A stretch of DNA of 64,000 nt, taken from assembly GCF_009914755.1 (NCBI RefSeq), contig NC_060942.1. One strand, written 5' to 3'. The notes under the pieces were generated by a model. It was not told where the DNA came from. It saw only the letters and a program-made list of their open reading frames with translations, and ran no database searches. This stretch comes from the human T2T-CHM13v2.0 reference genome, Homo sapiens. The position numbers and the translations under genes are program-made. Positions 12,065-26,110 of the stretch are shown here, in pieces. Each line of letters opens with the position of its first letter. Positions within the stretch are counted from its first letter, which is position 1.

Positions 12065-12674
12065 CGCGTCTAAGATGCCTGCTCTTTTGGGATTCTTTCA
12101 ACACTTCCAAGTTTTATTGGCATAAATGATTTTAAGAACCTTTTTTCCACTTCAGATAAGAAGTTCTAAAACAGAGGCCGTTCGAACGATACCCTTTAGG
12201 ATTAGAAAAATGTTCACTTTGCCTTTTCTCTCCTTCTTTGTTACGTCTTGTTTCTTATTTACACTGAGAGAGGTTTCTTTGACTCTCAGAGCACCCGCCT
12301 TTATTTCATGCTTCCAGTGCAGCTGCTTCATCCAAAATGAGGAAGGGTTGCAATGGAAGAGAACTCAGAGGAGGGCTGGAGACAGGACCACTGTACCACC
12401 TGGGTCTTGGAAGCTGCCTTCCAAAGACTGGCCCAGACACAGCAGAAGGATTACTTAACATGGCCTTTATCACTTCCGGGGCATGTGGAATGCTGAATCC
12501 TAATTCTAAAATGAGTCCTGAAATTGTTTCAGTAAAATTCATCATTAAGGACTTAAAAAATAGGAGATGAGAAGTAGGAGATGTGAAAGAATAAATCCAT
12601 GGAACACACATGACAGATTTAGCAAAAATTAAAAATTTCTTCACTTTGACACTTACCTGAATGCCACCCAGAGA

Positions 12675-12880
12675 AAATTCAGCACATGTGCCAGGCATAG
12701 TGACAAGCACAGTATGACATCATTCTATTGTGAATCTCACAAGGTGCCTGTTATGGCTCTGGTGACTTGCCTCAGACAGAAGAGAAAGCTGAGGCTCAGA
12801 GCAGTTAGGGAGGCAGGTCTGTGTTGGAGCCAGGATGCAAATACAGGGCTGTCTGTCCCCACAGCCTGTACCTTGCTGTG
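12675..12880 (-). mobile_element. MIR
   Basis: atgtgccaggcat...gaaagctgaggctcagag...gagccaggat. Confidence 0.75.
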
Positions 12881-13073
12881 TGCCTTCCTCAGTCAGCACA
12901 ATTTTATGGGACTAAGCGTTTTAGTCATGATACAACAGCAACAGTGAATTCAGAAATGTAACTAGATGTTCTTTCTTCTTTTTAAATTAAACTATCTCAT
13001 ATTTGCTCCTGTTTGATCCCTTTTGCAATTTTTATTCATTTATTTTCTTATTCACTCATTCACTCATTTGGCG

Positions 13074-13127
13074 CTCTCTCTCTTTCACACACACACACAC
13101 CCACACACACACACACACACACACACA
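13074..13127. repeat. (CT)n(CA)n microsatellite
   Basis: Directly visible. Confidence 0.95.
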
Positions 13128-15124
13128 TGAATAACTACTAAAGTCATTGTCCTTGAAGAATTTAAAGTGGAATCTGTTTAAAGTTTGCTCCAAGGTGTAG
13201 ATTCATGCATTTTACCGGAAGATAAGAGGAAAAAGAAAAAGGAGAGATAAAAGCAGTTTGGAGACAAAGGGAAGAGATGACATCTTACAAGTATAAAGCC
13301 TGTTCAATAAAATGTGATTTCATGATTGTCATTTGACAACATCCCTGGCTTTTGTTTGTTTGTTTCTGGTAAGTAAGGAAACAAATGACCAATGACCACA
13401 TCCCTGTTGTTTGTAAGCTGCACTGTGAATTCTTGTGAAGAACAGTGTAAAAACTTCTCTGTTTACAGGGTAGAGACAAATTTACTTTCCATTTCTGATA
13501 ACAACGGAGTCAGTCTTCCCTGCTGCCGAGGATTTTTTGAAACAGCGTGAATACTGCTCCTTCGCATTTCTGAGAGAGGGCAGAACCGGGTCATCGTGTT
13601 GCTTGACAGAGGGCCATGATAACTGTCTACAGATATTTAAAGGGTGTAAATGAAGACTTGATTGCTTTAAGATATCTTGGTACTAACTTCGTTTATTAAA
13701 GATGCAAAAGATTTGGGTGAGGTATGTCAGAGCCCCAATCCTTCAGAAACATTTTACAGGGCTGGGGGTATGACCCACCCAGTGAGTGGAACTTGAGCCC
13801 TGAGTGGAGAGGGCCTTTGGGGACTGTATCAGGGAGGAGGACACAAAGCCGTGGATGAGACCGGTCTCATCGTGGCCTCTGCAAAGACCTCGCAAGGGAG
13901 GACAATCACAACATAATGGCATTCCAGAGCAGTGGAAGGTATTCATTAGCACTCCAGTGAGGAGAGAGAAAAAACAGAAGGAGGAACAGAGAGGAACAGA
14001 CTCAAGCTCAGGGAAATGGACATTATCCAGCTTGTTGACAGAGACCTCATTCCGTTTCATTCTTGACTCTGCCTGTCCACCTTTCTCGTGTGTCTCTGTT
14101 CTTTGCATCTTCCATGGAAACACGGGATGAGAACAGGGTGAAGGCTCTCAGAGCAGTTAAATTGTATTCCTTTTTGGCAACTCTAGTGAAATCCTGTCTG
14201 ATGAATTTGGAACTATTGATTGCGATAAAGTTATTAATATTAAAGTTTCTTGGAACACTTGTGGATATCACTTATCCAGATAGCAGGTCCCCAGTTAATA
14301 TAGATGATTGAATTTGGGAGATAAATGCACTATTCTGGGGGGCAGGAGGTGCTGTCGCAGAAGAAAATGAAAACACGTGGAAAGGAATCATGTCAAGCTT
14401 AACATCCAAGTTGAAGGCCAACTATACGGAACTTAGATTTTTTAATAACCTGTAAATGGTCTCAGAGGAATGGTGAATTGCTGAAGTCTTTTGAGTGGAG
14501 TAAGTCACATAATTAAGAGATTATTTGTAACAGACTCAGTCAACTACAGGGTATTATTCAAAGCAAAAACCAAACCAAACCAAACCCTCTGGATCAGAAG
14601 GCACGAAGATGTAGACAGCGTCTCTTATGCCTTATGTAGGAAGTGCCTAATGATTTCTTTGCAAATTCTGACTAGTATAAGTCCTAAACAAGAGGCAAAT
14701 GTCTTAGTGTCGTCCAAGTGCTATAAATGAAGTTAAATGGGAACATACGGTTAACATTTCTATAGGACTGTATGTTTGCCAAAAGGTTAATAATCACTTG
14801 TTCCTTAATATTCATAACATCCCTCTAAAGCAGAATTTCCCACACTGGGACTGGGAGGCCTCAGGGATGGTGGAGGAATTTCAAGAGGGTCATGGGGATT
14901 GGAGCTGTAGTATTTCAAACAGCTCTCCAATGGTGATGGAAAATTGCGGGCTGCAGGAGGGAGGTACGGAGTTCCCGGCACCCTGTGTTCACTGGGCAAG
15001 TCCCCCTGTGAGGCCTGGGGCCCCTTGTCGGGACCAGACCTGCTTCGTTGCAGGAATCCTAGGATTCTTTTTCCACTCTCCCGTCCTCATGTCAGTGCCA
15101 GCTCCCACTCTAGGCTCTGGAGGC

Positions 15125-15310
15125 TTCGGGGCCTGTTTTGAATCCCAGATTTGATCCTTGCTTGCTGGATGACTCTGGCAAGTTTCTTACCCTCTCTGAG
15201 CCTTGAGTACAACACTGAAGAATGTTGGATGATCACTTACATGGTGCAGTTGTGAATAAGATATCACCTTTAGCACATTATCAGCGTCCAATGATTAATA
15301 GTAGTAGTTA
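15125..15310 (+). mobile_element. MIR
   Basis: tgaatcccag...cttgctggatgactctggcaagtttcttaccctctctgagcct. Confidence 0.75.
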
Positions 15311-16376
15311 TTTGTTCCCTTTGTCTTTCCAGGTACTTCTTGGATGTTTCAGAAAACAACTACAAGAATCTTTTCATTTTGAGGACTGTCCTCTGAATCT
15401 CTGATGAAAGCAAATAGGAGATACATACCCATGGAACAATACAAATAAATAGATAACATCACAAATATTTCAATATTTCAATACTCAATAGAGTACATTG
15501 ATATCATCAAGCTTAATCAACCCTGCACAGTTTATTGCTTCTGACTGCCTTGCAGACATAGGTCACCGAAAACTATGTTTGACCTGTGCCCCTGATTTTA
15601 CCCCTAAAGACTCCAGCTTTAGCAGAGGCTGGTGACTTTTGTTTTCCAGGACAGTCTATTTTCCTGGGTGATATAATTAAAATATGATAAGATTTTTTTT
15701 TTTGAAGGACAATAGGGAGTCTTTGTCCCAAAAAGAAAATCTACACCTTCAGGTGTGCCTGTGGCCACTGCATCAGGACCCCGCCCTTCACACGCGTTAT
15801 TCCATTCTGAAAATGTCCGAACACTTTCTTATTTTCCATGTCCCAGTCTTTAAACTGGATTGAAGGAGGAAGTTGAAGCTACAGCATTTGATGAGAGTGG
15901 TAATGAGGGTGGCATGTGCAGTTCAACTGTAGCTTCTTACTATGTAGAGTATCCGTGTTCTAAAGCGAAGCCTTGTGTGATCACAGTTCCAGAAAACTGA
16001 GGAATTCAATGACTCAGATACTCAGTAACAATTAAAAAGTTCTTCATTTAGTGTTTCAGCAGAGCGGGGAGGAGACAGATTTCCTCCTGTGCAGCCCTGC
16101 TTAAGGCGGCCAGTCCCTGCAGGAGGAGAAGCAGATCTCAAAGTTGTCCCTCATCCATACAACATTATATTTAAGGAGAATTCCTGCTAGCTTAGAATAT
16201 AACTCTGGCCACCACCCACTTCCCCATCCAAATGTCTTGCAGATAGCTAATTCAGAAAGCCCGGACCTGACTTAGAGATGGGTAGTATTCAAAAAGGAAC
16301 ACACACAGTATCTATAGATGAAAAGAGAATGAATGAAACAAGAAAAGCAAATAAATTAGGTTTAAAAAAGCTTTAC

Positions 16377-16661
16377 AGCCGGGCGCGGTGGCTCACGCCT
16401 GTAATCCCAGCACTTTGGGAGGCCAAGGCGGGCGGATCACGAAGTCAGGAGATCGAGACCATCCCGGCTAACACCGTGAAACCCCGTCTCTACTAAAAAT
16501 ACAAAAAATTAGCCAGGCATGGTGGCAGGCGCCTGTAGTCCCAGCTTCTCGGGAGAATGGTGTGAACCCAGGAGACGGATCTTATGGTGAGCCGAGATTG
16601 AGCACTGCACTGCAGCCTGGCTGACAGAGCAAGACTCTGTCTCAAAAAAAAAAAAAAAAAA
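16377..16661 (+). mobile_element. AluY with a ~12 bp right-arm deletion
   Basis: gagatcgagaccatcccggctaa Y diagnostics; TSD aaaaaagct(t/c)ac-type repeat at 16364-16376 and 16662-16674. Confidence 0.93.
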
Positions 16662-16679
16662 AAAAAAGCTTCACTAGAA

Positions 16680-19600
16680 AAATATTGCCACAAAACAGAT
16701 GACATTTATGACCCAACATACTTTCATGAATTTAAAAAGAAAAGAAAAAACTTAGTGAAACAATCGCCTTTAAAAAACAGGAGCTCAAAAAAACATATAC
16801 AGTAGTTTAGGAAATATTTAGCAAGACAATGGGAAGTGAAACATAAGTTGGCAGAACTTAGCAAAAATGACAACCTAGAAACCAAGACCACAGTGGAAGC
16901 AGCAGAACGGAGACTCAGATTCTGCTGGAAACTGACCACATCCAAGTCCACAAAGAACATGTTACTAAACTTCAGAAATTAGACTGAGTCCAGAAAAGCT
17001 TCTCTGATCACAAAGCAATTCATTTAAAAACTAATAATAAAATAAGGAAGAAGGAGAAAAATTCTACCACCTGGAAATGCTAAAATATTCTTTCATGTGC
17101 AACTCTTCCATTAGGGATATATTTTTAAAAATAAAAATAATTAAGGGTTATATTTTTATAAATGAAAATAATTAAGCTAGTACATATCAGAACCTATGGG
17201 ACAGAGCTAAAGCAGAATTCTGGAAAAAACTTAAAGGTTTAATATTTATATTAATTTAACTGAAAGAAAGAAAACACCTAGGTATATATTTTTTAAAGCT
17301 AACATTTTGGTAAAAAGGAATGTGAGATGTGGGCAAAAAAAAAGAGATAAAAATAATTTTGAAAAGTGTAAGAGTAAAAATTTAACACAAAATGTAAGTC
17401 ATATAAAATGTAACTTTAAAACGTTATTGAGGAGAAAAAAATGAAAGAAATGGAAAGGCATGACATATTCTTAAGTAGGAAGACTTAAAGCAAAAAATTT
17501 AACTCTCCCAATGATATCTATAAATGGAATTTGAAGCCAATAAAAATATAGGATTTTAAAAAGCTAGATAAGCTGTTACTAAAACTTATAAGAAAAATCA
17601 ACAGACATTCCATGTCTGGTAATAATGGACTTAGTTATTTAGATTAATTCTTGCAGTTAAAACAATGAATATTTGGATAACATATTAAACAAACTTGATT
17701 TTAAAAGCACTGAAAAGCTGACAAGATAATCAGGACTTCCCAAGTGATTAGGTTTTGCCCTGATTGGATTTTGCCCGTGGTTGATCAGGTTAAGTTGAGT
17801 TGGCTGTGGTTTTCATGGACTCTCAGAATGAAGAATACGGAAGTCAAAGGCCAAGACTCACCCAAGGTAGGAAGGAGGGTCTCATAGGAGACTCTTGCCT
17901 CACATTAAGCTGTGAGTCTGAAGGGGTTCACCTTCAGGGTAAGGACAAACCAAAGGTGAACCTGCTCCCCTTCCCACTACCCCAGGGGACCATGGGAGAG
18001 TTACCTTGACACTAAGCAAAGCAGAGAAAAGAAAAAGAAAACCCGTCCCTGATAGGACGTCATCACTGAATCATTGGCTGGCAGTATTTGCCCATATGCT
18101 GCTCAAATACATGTCTTTGGGATGAGCCAAGAAACTTTGAGCTATGAATTTAAAGTGATACACAACTACAGTACCCCCAAGCACCTGGCAGAAGCAAGCT
18201 CTAATCATCTCTGGAGGCAGATACTTTCATCCTAGGCCTCGAGGATTTTGTATAAATGGTTTCTCAAGGGCAGTAAGCAGTACAGTTGAAGATTACTAAA
18301 CTCAGAAAACAAAGCACCAATAGTTAATGTCAGCAAAATAGACAGCAGAGGCGAGTTAGACAACTGCAGCTGTTTGAATGACCAGACACAGAGTACAAAG
18401 AGCTATGTTAATTTTATTTAAATAAATGTAAGGTAAGCTTTAAAATATCTGCAAGAAATAGTCAACAATAAAAATTGACATTGTGGGTTAGAAAAAGATC
18501 AACTAGCACTTCTAAAATTAAAAATAGAGTAACAGAAATTGAAAAGTCAGTGAATGGGTATGGTGGCAGATTAGACACTGTGGAAGACAGAATTAGAGAA
18601 CTGAAGATAATGTGAATAAATTATACAGAATTATAGTGCAAAGAGGCAAAGAAATGAAAAATATAGGAGAGTGGTAAAGAGACGTAGAGGACAGAGAGAG
18701 AAGGTCTCTTTTTTCCAAGATGGTCTTTCTTCTCTTTCAAAAGTGTAATTGTTATTTCAGAAGATGAGAAAAAAGTGAGGTGGTAGGTTATTGAAAGAAC
18801 AATAATAACTATTAAAGATAAGTGAAAAGAAATTTGCATCAAGGCACATCACAAAGAAATTGCAGAATACATAAACAAAGAGAAAATCTAAAAAGCAGCT
18901 AGCTAGAGTTGGGGTGCAGTGGAGTGTGATGATTAATGAATAAGACTACCCTACCAGGTGTCAAATGCATTGTAAAGTGGTATCAATTAACACCTCATGG
19001 TATTGGTATACGGGTAAGTAGATAGAAATATGTATGGTAAACTAGTATATAACAGAAGTTGGTAGCTTAAATCAGTAGAGAAAAGGCAGCTTAAGTCAAT
19101 AAAGGACACTAAAATATATAGACCTCTGAAAAAATATGTATATACTGAGATTCCAATGAACCCAAAATTTAGAAAGAAAAAAACCTCAGAAGAGTACTAG
19201 AAGAAAAAAAAAGAAGATACTTTAAAAATAAATTCAGAATAGTAAAGGCTTTTCTACATATAATAAAAAACTGAGAAACCATAAAATAATATATTGATAA
19301 CTTTCACTACCCCCAAAATTTTAAGTGTGTCTTGTATTATAATATTATATAATATACAGTTATATAATAGTATTATACATGAATAAAAGCAATGAACTGG
19401 AAAAAACATGTGCAACTCATTCACTGATTAAAGATAAATTCTTTTTAGATGTGAAGAACTTATACAAATCACTGTGCAAATATTAATCAAATGTAAGATG
19501 GCCAAAAGCTCTAAAGCATTTCACCAAAATAAAATAACATAAAATAAAACTATCTTCCAACCATATAAAAAGATACTCAATTTCATTCATAAAAAGGGAA

Positions 19601-19920
19601 ATGCAAATTTAAACTAAAATGTAGTACTACTGCTCAATTATCAAACTGGCAAAGATAAAAACATTTGACAGTACCTTGCGTTGGCTGTGATGTAAGGAAA
19701 TGTGTTCTCTCATGCATCACTGGTGAGAATGTAACTTGCACTATCTTCTAGGATCAAGATTTTAAATCACGTGCCCTTTGACCCAGCACCTTTTCTTCTA
19801 GGAATTTATCTTACAGTTATATTCACAAATACATGGAATGAGCTCACAATCATTCATTACAACATTGTAAAAAGCGAAAGCTTAGAAACAACCTAAACGT
19901 TTGTCTATGGGGGTCTTATT
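16680..19920 (+). mobile_element. Fragmented ancient L1M (L1ME-like) 5' UTR/ORF1/ORF2 pieces
   Basis: A-rich, with degenerate L1 motifs (ggcagattagacac...gaagacagaattag, gaaatgcaaattt, tttgacccagca, gaaacaacctaaa). Confidence 0.7.
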
Positions 19921-20762
19921 AGCCTCCCGCCACAGTTTGTTTTTTATTTTTCTGTCTTACTACTCACATCCACATTACATGGCACACTTATTCTAGCTCT
20001 CGGGGCTCTGAACAGTCCCAGGTTTCCAGGCTTGTAGGATATCAGGAGAGGAGAGAGATGCTGCTAAAGGTAGAACCAGTGACAATGGGCAGCTGTTGGC
20101 CTGAAACGAAAAGACAGATAAAGTACAGAAACATCCAAAGAACTTTAAAAAACCACAGTTCTGTAATACCATACACGATTTGAATTTCTGTCCTTTTGTT
20201 CCTGTAAAATCTTTGCAAGTGTTTTAAACCTCCTGACATGCACATTCATCTTTATTTAGGCTTCTACTCAAATGGTCCACCCTTCTTTCTTCTCAAACAG
20301 CCCATCAGAGGCTCATTCCTGAGCTTTGATCTGTTGCAGTGACCGATCCTGTCAGCTCTTCTCCTGTGGCCATACCGCTACCCCTTCTCTCTCTCAAGGC
20401 TCTCTCCTCACGGTGTGACGCTGCTATCCAGGGCCCCTTCCCCTTGGGATGCCCTGTCTCCACTTTGCTGACAGCACTCCTGGTGGCCCCCAGGCTCTGC
20501 CCTCCTTTTCTGTCTTCTTCCTGGAGTCCCTCTCTCCTGGTGCTGTAGCCTGCTCCTGTAGCTCCACATGCCATTTGCAATGCACCCGTATCCCCAAATC
20601 CAAAGCACCCTCTCTCTGTGAATTTTATCTCTAATTTTAGTTTTCAGTTAAAAACTGTTTTTAACCCAATCTTTAAAGTGCCTTGCAAATGCTCTTCCTC
20701 TGCATGAAGCCGTCCTTATTCTCGCAGTTGGGATTGTGGCAGCCCACCTCCCAATCCCTGCC

Positions 20763-20997
20763 CATGCTTTCTCATGGGTGTAATACTAACCCCCAGGGGG
20801 CAAAAATGGGTTCTTGGAAGAAGGAGCAAAAAATTCTGTTCCTTTAATGTACAAGTACAGACTACATATAGTATATCAACAGACATATGGTATATCTGTG
20901 ATGTCAGAGTCTCCTGGGGGCAGGGCAATTAGGAAAAAAAATTCTTAAAAGGCTCCTTATGAAGGGGTGATCATGAAAGGAAGGTTGAGAAACACTA
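20763..20997. mobile_element. hAT-Charlie DNA transposon derivative (MER119-like)
   Basis: Ends aaggttgagaaacact; internal gggggcaaaaatgggttcttgg and aggaaaaaaa...aggctcctta. Confidence 0.6.
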
Positions 20998-21009
20998 CTC
21001 TTGACATTT

Positions 21010-22200
21010 GCACCAAGATGTCAAGGACACACACCAAGCCCATCTTGTTCAAAACCTAATGAGCTCCCCTCCCTCATCTCACTCCTGATTCCCCAACCCA
21101 CACCGCCCATACCCTTGTCACAGCTAATGTCATGGTCAGTCAGCCAGTGCCCATGCCAGGGTCCTTAGTGATAGTTGGCGCACTTTCTGTCCTCACATCC
21201 CATATCTAATCACGCTGTATCAGTCCGTTTTCATGCTGCTGATAAAGACATACCCGAGACTGAGTAATTTATAAAGAAAAATAGGTTTAATGAACTTACA
21301 CACAGTTCCACGTGGCTAGGGAGACCTCACAATCATGACGGAAGGTGAAAGGCACATCTTACGTGGTGGCCAGCAAAGGGACAATGAGAGCCAAGTGAAA
21401 GGTGTTTCCCTTTATAAAACCATCAGGTCTCGTGAGACTTATTCACTACCACAAGAACAGTATGGGGGGAACTGCCCCCATGATTCCATTGTCTCCCACT
21501 GGGTTCCTCCCACAACACATGGGAATTACGGGAGCTACAATTCAAGATGAGATTTGGGTGGGGACACAGCCAAACCATAACACATACCAAGCCCTCCAGG
21601 TTGTACTGCCACTTTCTCTCTTGCACCTGTCCCTCATGCCATGCCAGCCACCTGCCTGAGTTTAGAGCCAGGTCACCTCTTGCCTGGATCACTGCAATGG
21701 CCTTCCAAATCGTTTTCACCCCCTCCCCACTCTAATCTATCTGTCATTCTGCCACTAGAGAGAACTTTCTAGAGCACAAACTCATGATTTAATGTTCATG
21801 TATTTGAAGTTTGATTTCAGTTTGCTTCAAATAGAAAGTCTCTAGAATAAAAGACAAGTCCACCAGCATTTTTCCAGATCCCTTTCCTGTATTCCTCTAC
21901 AGTCATGCTGTATTCTACCACAGTTGACTGCTGTGCCTTCCCTGGAATTCATTCTATATGTTCATATCTTTCTGCCTTTTTTTGTATCAAATCTCCTCAG
22001 AATTCCTTTTTCCACTCTTTTCACCTGAACTATTCTTACCTCAAGGCCTGCTTAAATGTTCCATCTTCTGTTGAGTCTTGCCTCATGTGATTCCGGGCAG
22101 AAACACTTGCTGCTTTCTTTCTGCTTCTGCAGTGCAACACACGTGTTTATATAACAGGGAATGGACCACATTGCTTTTCAGTTGTCCTCCTTCTATGTAA
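21010..22200 (+). mobile_element. L2 fragment interrupted by THE1 LTR
   Basis: Pyrimidine-rich L2 motifs (tcacctcttgcctggatcactgcaatggcct, cacatcccatatctaatca) on both sides of the LTR. Confidence 0.65.
21216..21582 (-). mobile_element. THE1B-like MaLR solo LTR
   Basis: tgtatcagtccgttttcatgctgctgataaagacatacccgagac...gagatttgggtggggacacagccaaaccataaca; degenerate 5-bp TSD cacgc/catac. Confidence 0.93.
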
Positions 22201-22234
22201 ATTTGAAGAAGGATACTTATCAAATTGACACAGG

Positions 22235-22700
22235 TTTTGAGAAAAATACTCTTACGTGCAAAGTGTTGTGCTGGACATTGGAACAGTAGAAGTGAATAAA
22301 GAAGGCTTGCCTTCATGAAGTTTAAAATCTGGTGGGAAAGACATGTATTCAGCAAGTCATTTTAACAAATAATCATTTAAATACTGCTGTGAGAACTGCC
22401 ACAGTGGAAAGATATAGGATGCTATGAAAGAAAAAACAGAGAAATCCACCTTCCCCCAAAGGGGTCGACACAGCTTTTCTGGAGAAAAGGTCTTTAAACT
22501 AAGACCAGAATGAGTTAGCTGGGTGAAGAATATATTCCAGGGTGAATATATTTTGGGCAGAGGTAATAGCCCTTGAGGATACCTTGTGATAAGAAAGAGC
22601 CTGAGATCATTGAAGACCAGAAATAACAAAACAAACAAACCAATATACAAACAAAAAGTGGGTGTACAGGTAATAAGAGAGAGGTGTGGCATGACACCAC
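22235..22700 (-). mobile_element. L2 fragment
   Basis: tgtgctggaca...tgccttcatgaagtttaaaatctggtggg...ggcagaggtaatagc, antisense L2. Confidence 0.65.
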
Positions 22701-23804
22701 CGAATGGATTTATGACGAAAGGAGTCACTTGCTGAATCTGAAAGGGAAACTTCATCTTCTCTGCCTCCTGGCACCACACAGATAGGCCACTGACCTGGGT
22801 CCACATGGCAATGTTTTTGTCCTTTTTGTCATATTGCCTGAAATATAGACTCAGAAATATTTTTTTCTATGACCAAAAAATTGCTAAAAATTCTGATAGA
22901 AATGGATGATTCAGGCCCAACACCTTCTAGAAGTACTCCAATTTCGGTATGTGCTGTTTTGAGAGCCCATGTCTTACACAAGTGTCTAACAGCCATGTGA
23001 GGTGTGATTTTTCAGGATATCACCTTGATGCATGGTAACATGGCCCCATAATGAATAAGAGCATTTTACTGTACCTGAAACTCTGGGGTCAAGTCATATG
23101 GCTACGAATGTGGAGCAAAGCAATATGGAAACAATATGTTCAACTTTATGACTAGTAACTCATTGGCTCATGGACAGCTTTGCCCCAGCTTCTCTGGGGG
23201 TAGTTTTCCTGCTGCATGGCACACATTTGAGGAGCACTGGAAGTCCCACAGTTTTTCCCACACTACAGTATTCTGAGTATTGCAAGTAGAGACGGAACGG
23301 AGAGTGGGTTTGTCAAAATAAGCCAGCCCCACATTGAAAAAGTCACGTGTGCTTGGTGCTATCCACAAACATGAGTCACCCAGGGAGGTATGTAGATGCT
23401 TGTGACAAGAGAGGAGAGGCCTAAAAATAACAGTTCCACTGAAGGGTGGAGCTACAGGCTGCTGGTGTGTCATGTTTGGCTGCTGCTTCTGAAAATTCCT
23501 TCAGTTAAAGTAGCAAGTGGGATGACAGCTGCAGATACCTGGCTTTCAGGAGAGAAGTGTAGCAGGTATCCATTGAGGGGGGATTTCAGGGTCATGAACT
23601 CCTCCTTATTACTTATTTCCTGAAGCTGATGTGTGAAAATCCATACAAGAATCCCACATCTTTAGTTAAAGACTTTGATCCCCAATAAATCAGAACGACA
23701 GCACATTCGGCTGTTCTCAGCGACACATTTGAAGGTTGCTGGAGATACAAGGATGCTCAGAGTGTCTTCTTTTACTTTCTTTTAACTTTCTCCTGCTGTT
23801 CCAT

Positions 23805-23915
23805 ATACTACATGAGGGCAAGGACCTTGTTTGTCCTGTTTTCAGTTCCATCCTCGGTGTCTTGCACAGAGCAGGAGCTAAATAAATATTTGCTTAAGGA
23901 AAAATGGAAGGAATG
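23805..23915 (+). mobile_element. L2 3' end
   Basis: catgagggcaaggacc...aataaatatttg. Confidence 0.7.
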
Positions 23916-25082
23916 TGTCTAGCCCAGCCCTCTTAGTTTGCAGGCAAGAATACTGAGCAGGGAGAAGAAACTTGCTCAGGATCATGCAACCTATCAGCAG
24001 GGGTAGGAGGGAAGCCAGCCTCTGACTCTCCACCCAGTGCTCTCACCTTTCCAACAAGCTAGCAATGACTCAGTGTGGCTAGAAGTGTCTTGTTGAGGGC
24101 AAAGACCAAACACGAGGTCTCTGGCTACTAGGCTGAGGTGGACAGTATGGGGCAGCAGTTCTGAGGGGGGCCAAAAGATAGTGAACTTCACTGGGAGGAG
24201 GTGACAAAGACAAGGCTTGCCACTGGAGGCTGCCCAGCAAAGTTTCAAGGGCACAGTGGTGCTCCTTTCTGAGCCTGTTGTGTTTGCCTAAATTTGTTTT
24301 TAATAAAACCTAGGAGAAAAGCACAAGTTCCTGGAGCAGCAGGGGCTGATGGCTTGTGGTCTGCTCAGGACCACAGACTTCACCTTATGCAGACAGCTCT
24401 ATGGTCATTAATACTGAAGGCATGTGTGCTTTTTTTGTGTTTTGTGTTTTTCTTTTAATAATCAGACAATAGTTTACATCTGTGCATTGGCGAGGAGTCA
24501 TGAAGAAGAGCATCCAAACAAAGACGAGAGAAGCCAGACTGGCAAGTGGGCTGGCTGGAAAAGAGAAGAGAAGCCAGACACAGTACTTTGTCTTTAGTCT
24601 CCATGGATAAAAATGCTTAAAGTTCACCGTGGGGAGAAGGGAGGGGAGGGAAAGGTCTTGAAGGATTCCCAGTGGATACAAACAATGGTCATTTTTGAAG
24701 CCAGTTTGCATTTAGTCTCACACTCTCTTGTCTTAAAACACTTCTGAAGCACAAGGCTTCTGAGAGAGTAGGGCAGTTGCAGGAGCAGCAGGAGGGGGCT
24801 GGGGTGGGACTGGGGTGTAGGGAGAGGCCTGAAGGACCCTCCTGGCCCCACATTCCTCAAGGCACCTAACAAGGAAGCAGAACCCTACCTGGCTAGAGGT
24901 CCATGTTCCAGAATCGATGGGTTCTACTGCTGTGCCCAGTCAACAGGATACCTAAGCTTTGACTTTGGGTCACCAAAGATTGTTTCTAGACAAAAGCCCT
25001 AGCTCACAAGTCTGGGGGCAGCTTGGGACTTTGTTTAGGCCAGGTTTACCAGCTTGGTGTGAGAATAGCATCAGATATTGGT

Positions 25083-25420
25083 TACAGTGGTGGGATACAT
25101 TCCAAGACTCCCAGTGGATGCCTGAAACCTCGAGTAGTACTGACCCTACATATACATGCTTTTTCCATGTGAGAACTGAGATGACTACTACGTGACTAAG
25201 GGTGGGGAGTTTCTACAGTGTGGATATGCTAGACAAAGGCATGATTCACGACCTGGGCAGGATGACGAGAGATTTCATCATGCTGCTCAGAATGGCACGC
25301 AATTTAAAATTTATGGATTGTTTATTTCTGGAATTTTTCATTTAATATTTTTGGACCATGGATGACTGAAGATAACCGAAACCTTGGAAAGTGAAATTGC
25401 AGATAAGGGAGATTACAGTA
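25083..25420. mobile_element. Tigger3a/MER7-like DNA transposon
   Basis: ttccaagactcccagtggatgcctgaaacc...gagatttcatcatgctgctcagaatggcacgcaatttaaaa...gcagataaggg; TA termini. Confidence 0.85.
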
Positions 25421-25445
25421 CAGGTTTACGTTGACTCAGTCTTCC

Positions 25446-25822
25446 TACTATGGCTTGAATGTTCGTGTCCCTTCCAAAATTCACAAAATAACATTGAAAC
25501 GTTATCCCCAAGGCAACAGCATTAAGAGGTGGGGCTTTTAGGAGGTGATTAGGCCATGAGGGCTCTGCCCTTATACATGGGATTAGTGCCTTATAAAAGG
25601 GCTGGGGAAAACCAGCTAGGTCCCTTTTGCCCTTCCATCTCTTTCACAAGTTGAACCAACAAGGTGCCATCTTGGAAGCAGAAAGCAGCCCTCACTAGAC
25701 ACAGAATCTGCCAGCACCTCAATCTTGGACTTCCCAGCCTCCAGAACTGTGAAAAACAAATTTCTGTTGTTTATAAATTAGTCTGTGGTATTTTGTTATA
25801 GCAGCATGAACAGACTAAGACA
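25446..25822 (+). mobile_element. MST-type (MSTD-like) MaLR solo LTR
   Basis: tactatggcttgaatg...cttggacttcccagcctccagaactgtga...cagactaagaca; TSD cttcc/ctacc. Confidence 0.9.
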
Positions 25823-25864
25823 CTACCCCGGTCTGTGTATTTGGGCATAGAATTAACAATTATT

Positions 25865-26110
25865 TGATTCTCTCTCCTTGCCACACAGCTGCTGCCAGGG
25901 GATGGGGGCAGGGTGGTGTCGGCGATTCAACACTGTCTTTCCTTCTCTCTTCGGTGCCTCTTTCCTTGCTATGGTGTTAAACACAGGTACTGTGATCACT
26001 CACCTGACTTTCGGTTCTTATGGCGGTGCTTTCTTGGTGGATGGTGGTTCAATTTGGTGTTCCTTTGGCAAGGTTTGGGTGGGAACCAGTAGCTTTGATC
26101 AAGCTACTGC
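25865..26110 (-). mobile_element. L1M (L1MA-era) 5' UTR fragment
   Basis: gattcaacactgtcttt...caggtactgtgatcactcacctga...ttcaatttggtgttcct matches the recalled antisense L1M2 5' end. Confidence 0.75.
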
